From positions 8,928,001-8,992,000 of the forward strand of contig NC_043012.1 of the NCBI RefSeq assembly GCF_006345805.1: 64,000 nt of DNA, in the 5' to 3' direction. The notes beneath the pieces are model-generated. The model did not search any database. It saw only the letters and a list, made by a program, of their open reading frames with translations, and had not been told where the DNA came from. This DNA comes from Octopus sinensis (taxonomy: Eukaryota). Position numbers and translations under genes: made by a program. Below are positions 24,985 to 36,329 of this stretch, one piece after another. Every line of letters starts with the position of its first letter. The first letter of the stretch is position 1.

Positions 24985-27157
24985 AGATTGAGTTATTTGT
25001 TATTAAGGTTTGCCTCTAAATGGCATATAGTTTTATTTTTTAAAATGTCAGCTGAAATTCTTTGTATTAATTTTTCGTCAAGAACAAGCTTCATGAATTT
25101 TATGTGAATTGCAATAAATTGAACGTAGAAATGTTTACCTGATTCACTTTATAAGGCAGAGTGGTATGGAAGAATTCTGTACCGAAGAGAAAGACATTTG
25201 TTCATTTTTTGGTTGCAACATCCAGTGTCTGCTCGCATTCTGAAGGATTATCCTTATTCATTTGAACCAAAGAATTTATCGAGAAAAAAATTTGGCAAAG
25301 GCGATCCTTCAGCATTGGTACAGTAAGTGGCTTTGTTTACATATCTGAAGATAACAGAAACCCTTTTCTCCCACCCCTAACCCCCCATATATATATATAA
25401 AAAAAACACTTTCTTAAAATTTATCCGGTACTTCCGGTACCTAATACACTTTGGCAAAAATGTTAGACGTTTCAAAATCGAAAAACTGTCTATTTTAATT
25501 TCGTTTTTGGATAAACTTTTGTTGTAGCGATCAGCGTCAACTTTAAGGTTGTACCCTGTGTGACCTGTTCATTGTAGGTTTCTAAATTAAAACAAAAAAT
25601 TAAATTCATAGAACCAAACTATAAAGTCAGATTTTAATTTTTTTTGTTGTTATATTAATATATCTGTCTGTACTTGTTTGGGTAATTTTTTACAAGTGGA
25701 CCCGAATTAGCAGCTATTTGCGATAATGGCGGGTCCTTTATCGCAAATAGCTGCTACGTGGTAGCAGGGCGTGTTAGAAATAGCAGCCAAATCTTTCCTT
25801 TTCTGGGTCCAGGGAAACTTCGCGGTCCCCCTCCGGGGGCGGGGGATACCGCCCCACTTTGGGAACCACTGCATCAGATGCACTGGTTTGGTCATGTAAC
25901 TTGGATAGATACCGACAGCTCTATAAAGAAGTGCTATTTACTCCATATCAAAAGCACACACAGTAAAATGGTTGGCATTAGGAAGGGCATCCAGCCATAG
26001 AAACCAAACCGTGCCAGCATGCAAAACAGATGCTAAAATATGATGACGATGATGATGAAATCTTATAATTTATTCTGCAGAATATTATGAGTATTATGCA
26101 ATGCGTGGTAGAGCTGGTATAGGATTACATAGTGACAGTTCTTATGAATAAATGCATATATAAGAAAACCTCTATGTGGTCGTTCAATCTGCTAGAAATA
26201 GCAGCCATCTCATCTACTGCTTTAGAAAATGAATGATGTATTGGTTATGCATGTTTTCACGCAAGACGCAGTAATTCCCTATTTTAACGTAAATTTTGAA
26301 AACTTTATTGTATGTGTTAAGAAACAATATCCTCCCCGTGCCGGTGGCACATAAAAAGCACCATCCGATCGTGGCCATTTGCCAGACTTGTCTGGCACCT
26401 GTGCCGGTGGCACGTAAAAAGCACCCACTACACTCATGGAGTGGTTGGCGTTAGGAAGGGCATCCAGCCGTAGAAACATTGCCAGATCAAACTGGGCCTG
26501 GTGCAGCCTTCTGGCTTCCCAGACCCCAGTTGAACCGTCCAACCCATGCTAGCATGGAAAGCGGACGCTAAACGATGATGATGATGATTTTTAATATAAT
26601 CTTTGAAATATATCATATAATCGTGGATAATTAAAATATTTTTAATTTTTTTAAAAACTTGTGTACCATTCTCTACATAAAAATTTAAGTTAAAACGATG
26701 ATGATCATGATGGAAGAACTGTGGTTATAGGTCAGTTGGATAAATATTTACTTAGGGTTAAACAACATCAATAATAATATGGTAGTCTTGTACTAAAACT
26801 GGTGTTTACTAATTTTAGTACAAGATTGCTGTATTTGTGATTCTAAATTTCCCATCCACACAGACTGAAAAGGGAGAAAGCAATTTCAAAATATTTTTCA
26901 TTTAATAAAATATAAATTAATTAGTACATTTGAGTAATCTTGAAATAAGTACTTAGCAATCAAAGATAGTGTAAATAAAAAATAATTGTTAGTTTTTCTC
27001 ATCACACGCCACTAATACAAACACTACCATATCGTTAAGACACCACCTATTGGTTTTATCCTCATTTGATTCCAATTGTTCAATGACCCAAGTGTCTTAA
27101 TTTTGGCACACGGGAATGTAAATGCATTACTGGTCACTTAGTGCATGTGGTCAGCTC

Positions 27158-27585
27158 TCTCTATATAAATGGCAGTTTGTACCCTCACCCGGACCACAGC
27201 TTTCAACCGATTCTGATAAAACTTGACACACACATAGCCCAATGTCATAATTCAAAACTAACACAGGGAAAATTTTGAAAAGTTCCCCCAGTTCTGAACA
27301 AATCGATAAATTCGACATGGGGTCAAGAATCTAAGCTTTTTATATGCAACACATTTTAGGGCTGTACGTGGGCTGTTCACGCGTTGGGAGGCGCAATGAT
27401 GTTTTCATGTTTTCGCCCAAAGGGACAGCTAGGAACATCGTATACACAGAAGTATTCGAGTGAAGAGAAGACATTGCAACCTACACATGCGTCTTCGTTC
27501 CCTAGAGGGAAAGGACTACATTGGGATTAGTCGTTGCCTACTAGGGGCTCTTACATACCCGGGCAACGCCGGGCTATGCTGCTAG
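27158..27585 (+). mobile_element. Non-autonomous Helitron-like element (second family)
   Basis: 5' TCTCTATATAAAT; 3' hairpin CCCGG-GCAACG-CCGGG followed by CTATGCTG CTAG|T (CTAG at 27582-27585). Confidence 0.65.
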
Positions 27586-28061
27586 TATCGGTTTAAGTGT
27601 GTGTATTACTGGTCATCTCGCGTGTATTATCAGGTGTATTAGTGATTCTATGTGCTTGTGTGAGTTGCTGGTCATTTCGGACATGTATACATGAATATCC
27701 CCGAATCGATCGCGGTTGAGCAGGCCAATAATGAAAAGCACCCAAGGATTTAATCCTGAGTCCTTTCCTTACTTAAGACGGGAAGATGTGATTTGAGAAA
27801 AAATTCGACAATTATTTCTATTTGCAGCATTTCGAATACAATCAAAGGGGATGGTCACTTGGAAGAGTCCTGTAGGAGAGGGAAAACATATATTAGATTA
27901 TCGCTCAACGGCACTGCTGTGATAGAAACCTTAAAACCATAAGGAAGGGGTGTCTATACAGCCACTCAGCCTTCCGAAAATAGCAGCCTAATCCCTCTAA
28001 AAATACATTCTACCAATTTAAAAAGGGAAGAGGACGTGTGTATGTTTCCGATATATTATAC

Positions 28062-28280
28062 GGTACTACTAGCGAACAGTCCCGGTGCGCGTACTCGCGC
28101 TAGCTAGTCGTGACTAGTCGATCCTACAACGACTACTTAGCAAAGTAAATAAAACACAAAATAATTTTTTAACACGAAGTAACTAAATTTTGTTAAACAA
28201 AGTAAATAAAACACAAAAACACAAAGAATCGACTAGTCATGACTAGCTAGCGCGGATAGGCGTGTTCGCTAGTAGTTACC
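28062..28280. repeat. Fold-back / MITE-like inverted repeat with an internal 21-bp direct repeat
   Basis: 28096-28122 matches the reverse complement of 28228-28254 at 26/27 positions. The outer arms GGTA(A)CTACTAGCGAACA also pair. Internal CAAAGTAAATAAAACACAAAA occurs twice. Confidence 0.85.
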
Positions 28281-28677
28281 ATATACTTTGGATGGTCACG
28301 GATGGAATGAATAACATAGATAAGCCCAATCAAAACTGCTTCGGTCTTGAACAATTTTCTCCAACTATTCTGACGTATAATTTAGTTTTATCATGAGCAA
28401 CATATTGGAACCAAATGGCTCGAAATCGAAACACCCACCACCAAAGAAAATAAAAGACCCCCCCCCTGAATGTAGGAATGGAAACATAAAAAGAAAACAC
28501 GTTACATTGTAAATAACCAAGTGCTCCAACATGGCCAGAGATTAGTTGGTAGAACAGATTAAAGAATGAACAATAAAAAGCTAAAAACAATAACAATTTT
28601 AAGAAGCGAAAGAATGCCATAAGATCACATAAACCCAAATATATTTAGCTTTTTGTGTATAAAATATTCCAAGAAAT

Positions 28678-29749
28678 TCAGTTTTTCCGGGAAAGTCTTA
28701 CTTCGTCTTTTACACAAACAAATCGAGGATTTTTGGTAACCTTTTTAGTAAAAGTTGCACGGAGTTTATCATTTGACTTAGCATGTCCTCCTTGAGCAAG
28801 ATACTCGGCTATCACTTTTTTACCAACCTTTTTCATACTCATTTTCTGATCTTCTTTAGTTTTAAGAACCGATACAATAGTTTCTTCCCAATCGAATTTG
28901 ATTTTCTTCGATTTCCTTTCTGGTTCTTCCACCTCCTCCTCCTCTTCTTCATTGTCGTTCACATTTATTCCTTCTTCGTTTTCTTTTTCGTCATTCTCTT
29001 TCCTTTTCTTGGAATACTCAACCGTTTCCATTTCCTCGTGTTTCCGTTTCTTCGATTTCTTCTTCTTTTTCTCCTCCGTTTCATCACATTCCATTGCCTC
29101 ACCATTATTATTATTACTTTCATCTTCCACATTCACATCAATCATTTTCCGACGATCTTTTTTCTCCTTCTTGTTTTGCTTTTCGGAACGTTTTGCCTTC
29201 TTTTCTCGTTTACTTTCCTTATTCTTTTTATTTTCATCGATTTCATCATCCACGGACTTTTCCTCAACATCTTGTCACGCTGGTTTCATCCTCTTTCCCA
29301 TCAACTTCCTTACTTTCCGATGCATTTTCACTCATCAATATATCCCAGATTTCTTTTACCAACCATTGATCTCGAACCCGTAAACTGTTTTGTAGAAAGT
29401 TCTCAAACTTGGCCTGTTTCCTGGGAATGTTTGGATAATCTTTGAGTCTCTCCAGTAAGTTGCGAATGTTCGGCTTCGAGTTGCTTTTGTCGATGGCTGT
29501 TTGTACTTTCTGAAGCCAGGCATCTTGCTTGACTTCTCCCTTGTTTTGAGCCGGACGAGCTTTATAATCTTTACCAGAATATTTCTCTTCTTCGCTGATA
29601 CATTTGATGTGACTATTGAAGTCGTCTCCCCAAAACTCTTTGTTGCAGTCCAGACAAGACACCATACTCATCCGGCATCGGCTGTAATGTTTATTTACTT
29701 GGTTTTTCTTCAGTGATTCACCACAGTTAGAACAACTAAAGAACACCAT
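28678..29749 (-). CDS. LYAR: Cell growth-regulating nucleolar protein LYAR, about 357 aa if a single +1 frame shift at about 29267-29277 is bridged
   Basis: N-terminal MVFFSCSNCGESLKKNQVNKHYSRC...SCLDCNKEFWGDDFNSHIKCISEEEKY is the LYAR C2HC zinc-finger region. It is followed by NIPRKQAKFENF, a Lys/Glu-rich middle, and C-terminal FDWEETIVSVLK...KVGKKVIAEY...FTKKVTKNPRF. The CDS is split between ORFs 29264-29749 and 28678-29253. Confidence 0.93.
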
Positions 29750-30651
29750 TCTGACCGTTAAATTTCCTTGTAAAAATTAAAATCAGTTCCAGGCGCCAAC
29801 TTTCAAACACGTTGGGTGACCGGTGCCACACCAAACTACTTCCTCATACAATAATATCCAGGAAACAAAATACAAAATAAAAAATTACAACTGAATTGGT
29901 GGGTGGATCCCATAATAATAATAATAATAATTATAACAAAATAATAAAATCGCGAAGAGTATGAATATATTTTAATTCTGCAATTATACGAGTTAACCTG
30001 GTAATTAAATGAAATTGATTATCAATTAGACTGGCGCCATGTGACCCCCAACCGGTGTTAAACAGAAGCACATGTCCTCTTCAGTATGAATAGATGTCCA
30101 ACGTTTTAAATATTTTTGTCAAAGTATTTAAGTAAGTATTTATGTTTATATTTAGAATAATATAGCTGGTAATATCTGGCTATATAATATATCTGGTCAT
30201 AGCTGTTAATATCTTTGGAATAATTACTGTGTATTGCTGGTCCCATTATTCATTTTAATTTCATTATTATATCCTTTCGTTCTCTAATTTAACAATTCTA
30301 TGAATTAATGATAAATTGAAACAATATTTAACTCTAAATATTAAATTAAAAATAATTAATGTTTATATTTTGAAGGAGAATAATACTAAAAGGTCACAAA
30401 GTTTTCTTTTTAATTATTTGTGTAAACTTTTTAGTGTGGCGGGCAAAAATTTCCAATGTAAAAGGTCCGCAAGCAGACGCCAAGTTCTAACTCTTATATC
30501 TGTGAAAATCTTGTATAAATCTATGTATAATTCGATATACATTAATAAAGATAACTTTGACACATTAAATTAACGCCACCACTGTCTTTGGGACGTTTAT
30601 ATTACTTATGTGGTATTATATATATTTTTTAGCTACTGTAGTTGGGTCTCA

Positions 30652-31185
30652 AGAGGCGAGCTGGCAGAAACGTTAGCACGTCGGGCGAAATGCTTAGCGG
30701 TATTTCGTCTGCCGTTACGTTGTGAGTTCAAATTCCGCCGAGGTCGACTTTGCCTTTCATCCTTTCGGGGTCGATAAATTAAGTACCAGTTATGCACTGG
30801 GGTCGATGTAATCGACTAAATACCTATGTCTGTCCTTGTTTGTCCTCTCTGTGTTTAGCCCCTTGTGGGTAATAAAGAAATAGGTATTTCGTCTGCCGTT
30901 ACGTTGTGAGTTCAAATTCCGCCGAGGTCGACTTTGCCTTTCATCCTTTCGGGGTCGATAAATTAAGTACCAGTTACGCACTGGGGTCGATGTAATCGAC
31001 TTAATACTTGTTTGTCCCCTCTGTGTTTAGCCCCTTGTGGGTAATAAAGAAATAGGTATTTTGCCTTTCATCCTTTCGGGGTCGATTAAATAAGTACCAG
31101 TTACGCACTGGGGTCGATATAATCGACTTAATCCGTTTGTCTGTCCTTGTTTGTCCTCTCTGTGTTTAGCCCCTTGTGGGTATAA
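30652..31185 (+). mobile_element. Head-to-tail array of three SINE B units
   Basis: One full unit is followed by 5'-truncated units joined at ...AAAGAAATAGGTATTT|. Confidence 0.85.
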
Positions 31186-33448
31186 ACCTAGCAATATGTT
31201 TTATAGTGAAAACAAAATTTCCATTCAAATGGCAGTTACCGGATGGTTTCTGTTCAAGTCTAACCGTTCTAAGCCGTAGTGGAAATGTTACCTATGTCGC
31301 AGATAGGCATATGAATATTGTATAAATTTTACAATTGTAAAATTTATTATATTTTGTACATACGAGTATATCGGCCTGCGTGCCTGGTTTTCCCCACCCC
31401 TCGTATAAATGAATGGACTTGAACACGTGGCCTTGGAAAGTGTAAGAATCCCTGTAAGAATGAGGTTTTAACGTTTACATATTTCTTTATTTTATCGCAG
31501 CGAGCTTAGCGGTATTTCTTGTCTTTATGTTCTGAGTTCAAATTCCGCCGAGGTCGACTTTGCATTTCTTCTCTTCGGGGTAGATAAATTAAGTACCAGT
31601 TGCGTACTGGGGTGGATCTAATTGACTGGCTCCCTTTCCCAAAATTTCGGGCCTTGTGCCTGTGGGATGACGTCAGCAGCTGGGTGCGTTGACCGGAAGC
31701 TGGGGCAACCGGAAGGGGCAGCTGTCAATTGGGCCTTTCCAACGTGGGTCGTCCAGGTGACGAGACGTGTGAGGACGGTCGCTAAGGGTTTGGGTGAGCA
31801 GCTGCTATCTTTAGTGTTCGGGTCGGGGCTGTGTCGAAGGACTAGTTACCACAGAAGGGTCTCCATCACGAGGAAGAGAAGGTAGGTGCCTTTATATCCA
31901 AATCGTGCACTCACCACAGTGCCTAGAGCAGAAAAGATTATTTTATCTTTGTTAATTTTTCGTCCAACAAATTCCTGTGAGATTTGGCTGTTTACCTCCC
32001 ACTCGTATCGTTTCTAGCCTGTGGATAGCCTGCTTGAAGACCAAGGCCGTAGAATAGGGAGAGGAGTGGTTTGGGGGTAATTTATTATTTTTTTTGAAAT
32101 ATTACAAACAATTTTTTTTTTCAGAATCATAGTCTCCGTATTTCTCAGGGCCAATACAATTTTGCATCTCTCCTTGAAAAATGCATTTAAAAAAAAATAT
32201 TTTTTCAGATTCCTACATTTTAGATGTCGGAGATTCCGATTCTGAAATAAAAGTGGCAAAAATCGCAACTTCAAAATTTCAATTGCTCGAAAGGTATTTT
32301 ACGTAATGCCATTTTCACATAATTACACCTATTTCACTATTTTTCCTCCATTTTTTTTACCCGGGTCAGAAACTGGAGTTTTACTGATATCTTCCCCCAC
32401 CCCTGACTTTCGATGATCATGCCAAATCAGACTGGACTCTGGTGCAGCCCCTCAGCTTACCTGCCCTGGTCAAATTGTCCAGTCCATTCCAGCATGGACA
32501 ATGGACGTTAAATGATGACGACGACGAAGTTTGTGTGAATAACAAAAATAGGAATTTTGAAAAAAAAAAATCTATTAAACACGTTTATAAACATTAAATG
32601 GATATGAGGGTCCACCAGAATGAAATAATAATCAAAGGGGTCCATAGATAAAAGATGGTTGAGAACCACTGGTCCATCATCATCATCATCGTTTAACGTC
32701 CGCTTTCCATGCTAGCATGGGTTGGACGGTTTGACTGAGGGCTGGCGAAGCAGATGGCTGCACCAGGTTTCAATCTTGATCTGGCAGAGTTTCTACAGCT
32801 GGATGTCCTTCCTAATGCCAACCACTCCAAAAGTGTAGTGGGTGCTTTTACATGCCACCGGCACGGGACCAGTCAGGCTGTACTGGCAACGACCTCGCTC
32901 GAATCTTTTACACATGCCACCGGCACAGGTGCCAGTAAGGCGATGCTGGTAACGATCACACTCGAATGGTATCTTTTACATGCCACCGGCACGGAGGCCA
33001 GATAGCCGCTCTGGCAATGATCGTGCTCGGATGGTGCTCTTTAAGGCGACGCTGGTAACAATCACGTTTGAATGGTGCCTAGTTGGAAAGCTTTGCTGCA
33101 TGCTGTCACCAGTTTTCTTGCCAGGGGAGGTTTATTTTTCATTCACTCAACACCATAAAAATCACAACTAAGCATTCTCAGACTCTCAAAATATTTGTAA
33201 ATTTATTTTGTTTCATATCAAACCTTCCCTGTGGCAAATAAGTGTACATATGGTAATGGCGGTATCATCTTCACTGGTGATGTTGAAGGTGTGTTTGTCT
33301 GTGGATTATGGAAGCAGCAGCAGAATTGAATAGAATTGAAAAAATTTGCATCCACAGTACCCACTCTAATTTACATTTCTGGAAAAATAAGAATAGTAAA
33401 TTTGTTCTTCAGTTTTTAAGTTAACATTTTCTTTTTTTCTTTCAAGGT

Positions 33449-33694
33449 ATGCTTGAAACTAATTCAGTTTCGAGTGAAGACACTAAAATATCTTCCTATA
33501 CTTTGTCACCAGAAGACATTGCTAAATTAGAAAAAGATCAGAAACTGGTGTCTGAATTCAAACAAAATAAATTTGAAAAAGATGCTTGCAAAAATTGGGA
33601 TTTGTTTTATAAACGGAACACAACAAAATTTTTTAAAGACCGACATTGGACAACTCGAGAATTCAAAGACTTGTTAAATGAATCAGATTCTCAT
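33449..33694 (+). CDS. METTL6: tRNA N3-methylcytidine methyltransferase METTL6, coding exon 1 (join 33449-33694, 36213-36329, 37191-37361, 38198-38339, 40389-40534; 273 aa)
   Basis: KNWDLFYKRNTTKFFKDRHWTTREF is a METTL2/6/8 N-terminal motif, and the WTTREF form fits METTL6. Acceptor TTTCAAG|GT precedes the ATG. Phase-0 donor CAT|GTAAGA, with an alternative donor at 33703. The joined exons give one open frame of 822 nt. Confidence 0.92.
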
Positions 33695-34693
33695 GTAAGA
33701 CAGGTTTTTTTTTCTTTTTTAAATTCTTATTTCTGATTCCTGTTTTGTTATACAAAGAATAAAAACACCCAGTGTTACCGTATAACAATGAACACCTTGA
33801 ACCTGCTCCACATTTTTATTCCTCGTTAAGATTTATAATATTTCATTCATTAATTATACTAACATCTATTGACCTAAAAACTTTCCCTTAACGTTCACTT
33901 CTCTCAGTTTCTTCTCTTAACATTCAGTGTGTTGTGCTGAGCAATGAGCCATGTCAGGTGTTTTATTCTGGAGACTTACACATCCTAACAAAGGACAAAA
34001 ACCACTCAACCATGTCTATGTTATTGGCAGACATACAATATAAAACTGAGGAATTGGCAGAGCTAATGGGGGAGACAGAGATTCTTGGTACTACATTGTG
34101 GAATGCATCCCAATTGTGGTTTATTTGAAGGAAAAGAATGATTTTATCTTTCATGCTTTCAATGTTCATTTGGTTACACCCTGGTGTTGAATAAATTTTA
34201 ACTTATAACCCATCACTAAATTTGGGGCTTTACGATAATATAAGATACTATTTCATGAATTATGTGCCAGTGCCTCTCATCAACTGATACAACGCCACCT
34301 CCCTCAACACTTCTGCCCCTATTTGAGGGGACTTTGTCTTGCCTTGCAAGTGACTTGGTGACCCCACCAGTGCTGGAGCCAGGAAAAAAGTACTCAGAAC
34401 ACTGTGAAGTGGTTGGTGTTAGGCAGGTTATCCAGCTGTGGAAACTATGTCAAAATAAACAATAGAGCTTGGCATAGCCTTCTAACTTGTCAGCTCTTGT
34501 CAAACCATGCAACCCTCATGCCAGCATGATGAAGGACCATTAAATGATGAGAATAATCATGTACACACAGAACAGTGAAAATGAAAGCAATGACGTCCAT
34601 ATTCTTAATACATTCTGACACATTCAAGTGCGGATATGCTGATTGCTAATGTATTTCATCTGTGTAGTATACCTTCTCTCTTAAGACGATGTA

Positions 34694-35269
34694 TTAGGTT
34701 GTCCGGAAAGTTCGTGCCGATTTATAGTAGCTTACCTTTCGACTTTAGAACATGGTTGAGTCCATAAAATAGGATTTGACTACACCTCCATTTACATTTA
34801 GAGCGCAGTTCAAGCTATCTTTTCGTGGAAGAAGGTTTATGTTCCTATAACCTGTGTTAATTTTGTAACCCTTTAAAATGGAAGATAAGCAAGTTCATTT
34901 TCGGCACTTGATGCTTTGGGAACCAGACAAAAATTGCTGCAGCTTGGCTGGGATGTGTTACCCCACCCTCCGTATTCACCAGATATTGCTATATTGCTCC
35001 TTCGGATTTCCACTTATTCAGGTCTCTGCAGAATAGTCTTAATGGTAAAAATTTCAAATCCTTCGATGACGTAAAAAGATACCTTGATGAATTCTTTGCC
35101 ATGAAACCACCTCAATTCTAGGAAGAGGGTATTTTCAAGTTAAAGGAAAGATGGAAATGCATTATGCAACAAAATGGTTCATATTTGGTTGATTAAAAAT
35201 GTAATGGCAAGTATTTATTGACCTTTTTCTTTCCTTTAAAAATCGGCACAAACTTTCCGGACAACCCAA
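34694..35269 (+). mobile_element. Internally deleted mariner with intact TIRs and TA TSD, in METTL6 intron
   Basis: TA|TTAGGTTGTCCGGAAAGTTCGTGCCGATTT ... AAATCGGCACAAACTTTCCGGACAACCCAA|TA (30-bp TIR, 2 mismatches). MEDKQVHFRHLMLW is fused directly to the C-terminal LGWDVLPHPPYSPD...DFHLFRSLQN. Confidence 0.9.
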
Positions 35270-35733
35270 TATTTTCATAATGCTGTCAGTTTATTGACAT
35301 GTGGGAGACTTTGAGACACTATAGTGTTTTGGTCTGATTGTGTCTCTTCTGTTAAAGCTTTCTCTGGATTAATGAAGTAAACAAGTGAAGGCTGAGTGTG
35401 TTATGAATATACATTATCCGAAGGGTGGAGGTGTTCCCTGATAATGAAATACAACAGTGATTAACACATTCACATTGGAATCTATTGCAACATAAGTACG
35501 AATATGCATCATTTCTTTGATTCTTACTCTTCTGCGTGTCCATAGTAATTTCTTATTGGTTTGGCAGTCTTCAACATACATCAGTATACGGCTTTGCTGA
35601 TTTCTATAAACAAGAGCATTTCATCTCTGGATTCTCCAAAGGCAGAATACAACAGCAATTTTTACGTTTGAAAGTGCCAGAATGTATTAAAAATGGATGT
35701 ACGAGGGGGGTGCTGAAAGGTTTCTAGCTTTAA

Positions 35734-35954
35734 CCCTTTAGTGTTCAGATTACTCTGTTAAATGTAATACTTTTTCACTCAAATTGTTTTGAATTAAATC
35801 ATGCATTATCTTATAGCTTTGAAGTTTCAGTGATGTGATTGTTTATTTTTAGCATGACATTGTAGGTTAGGTGTGAGAGGCTAGATATTGCCAGTTTGAA
35901 TATAAAACATTTAGAATATTTGGGCCGGATATGGCCGGTTTAAACACTAAAGGG
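35734..35954. mobile_element. piggyBac-type MITE (TTAA target)
   Basis: TTAA|CCCTTTAGTGTT ... AACACTAAAGGG|TTAA. Related fragments at about 12240-12400, 16170-16330 and 21230-21400. Confidence 0.75.
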
Positions 35955-36212
35955 TTAATAGTGTTGCGAAAGGCCTGGTTGGAGGCTCAACCTTCCGAGT
36001 TCTTTTATAGAGTTTAGAAAAACTGAAGGACTGCTGCAGTTAGTCTGTGAATGTGAGAGAGGAATACGTTGGATAATATTATAATTAACTGATTCTCCTG
36101 TATTTTCTTTCACCCCAAACCAGGAACTTTCCATCACCCCCCACATATATGTCATTGAAGAAATTAAAACTTATCTTATTTTATTTGAATTTCCTCAAAT
36201 TTTTTTCAACAG

Positions 36213-36329
36213 AAGACAGCATTGGAGGTTGGTTGTGGTGTTGGCAATTTCTTGTTTCCACTGCTACAAGAAACCAGTTTGTTCTTCTATGCCTGTGACT
36301 TTTCGAAACGAGCTGTAGAATTCGTTAAG
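36213..36329 (+). CDS. METTL6: METTL6 coding exon 2 (SAM-binding motif I)
   Basis: TTTTTTCAACAG|AAG...[18 protein letters not shown]...[14 protein letters not shown]|GTAAAA; 117 nt, phase 0-0. Confidence 0.93.

Noticed and set aside
28783-29445. Long plus-strand ORFs (220, 161 and 91 aa) rich in F/S/L
   Set aside because: Antisense shadows of the purine-rich Lys/Glu-coding LYAR strand.
30652-31185. Regularly recurring identical segments resembling a CRISPR array
   Set aside because: Eukaryotic context. The units are long SINE bodies without unique spacers, and there are no cas genes.
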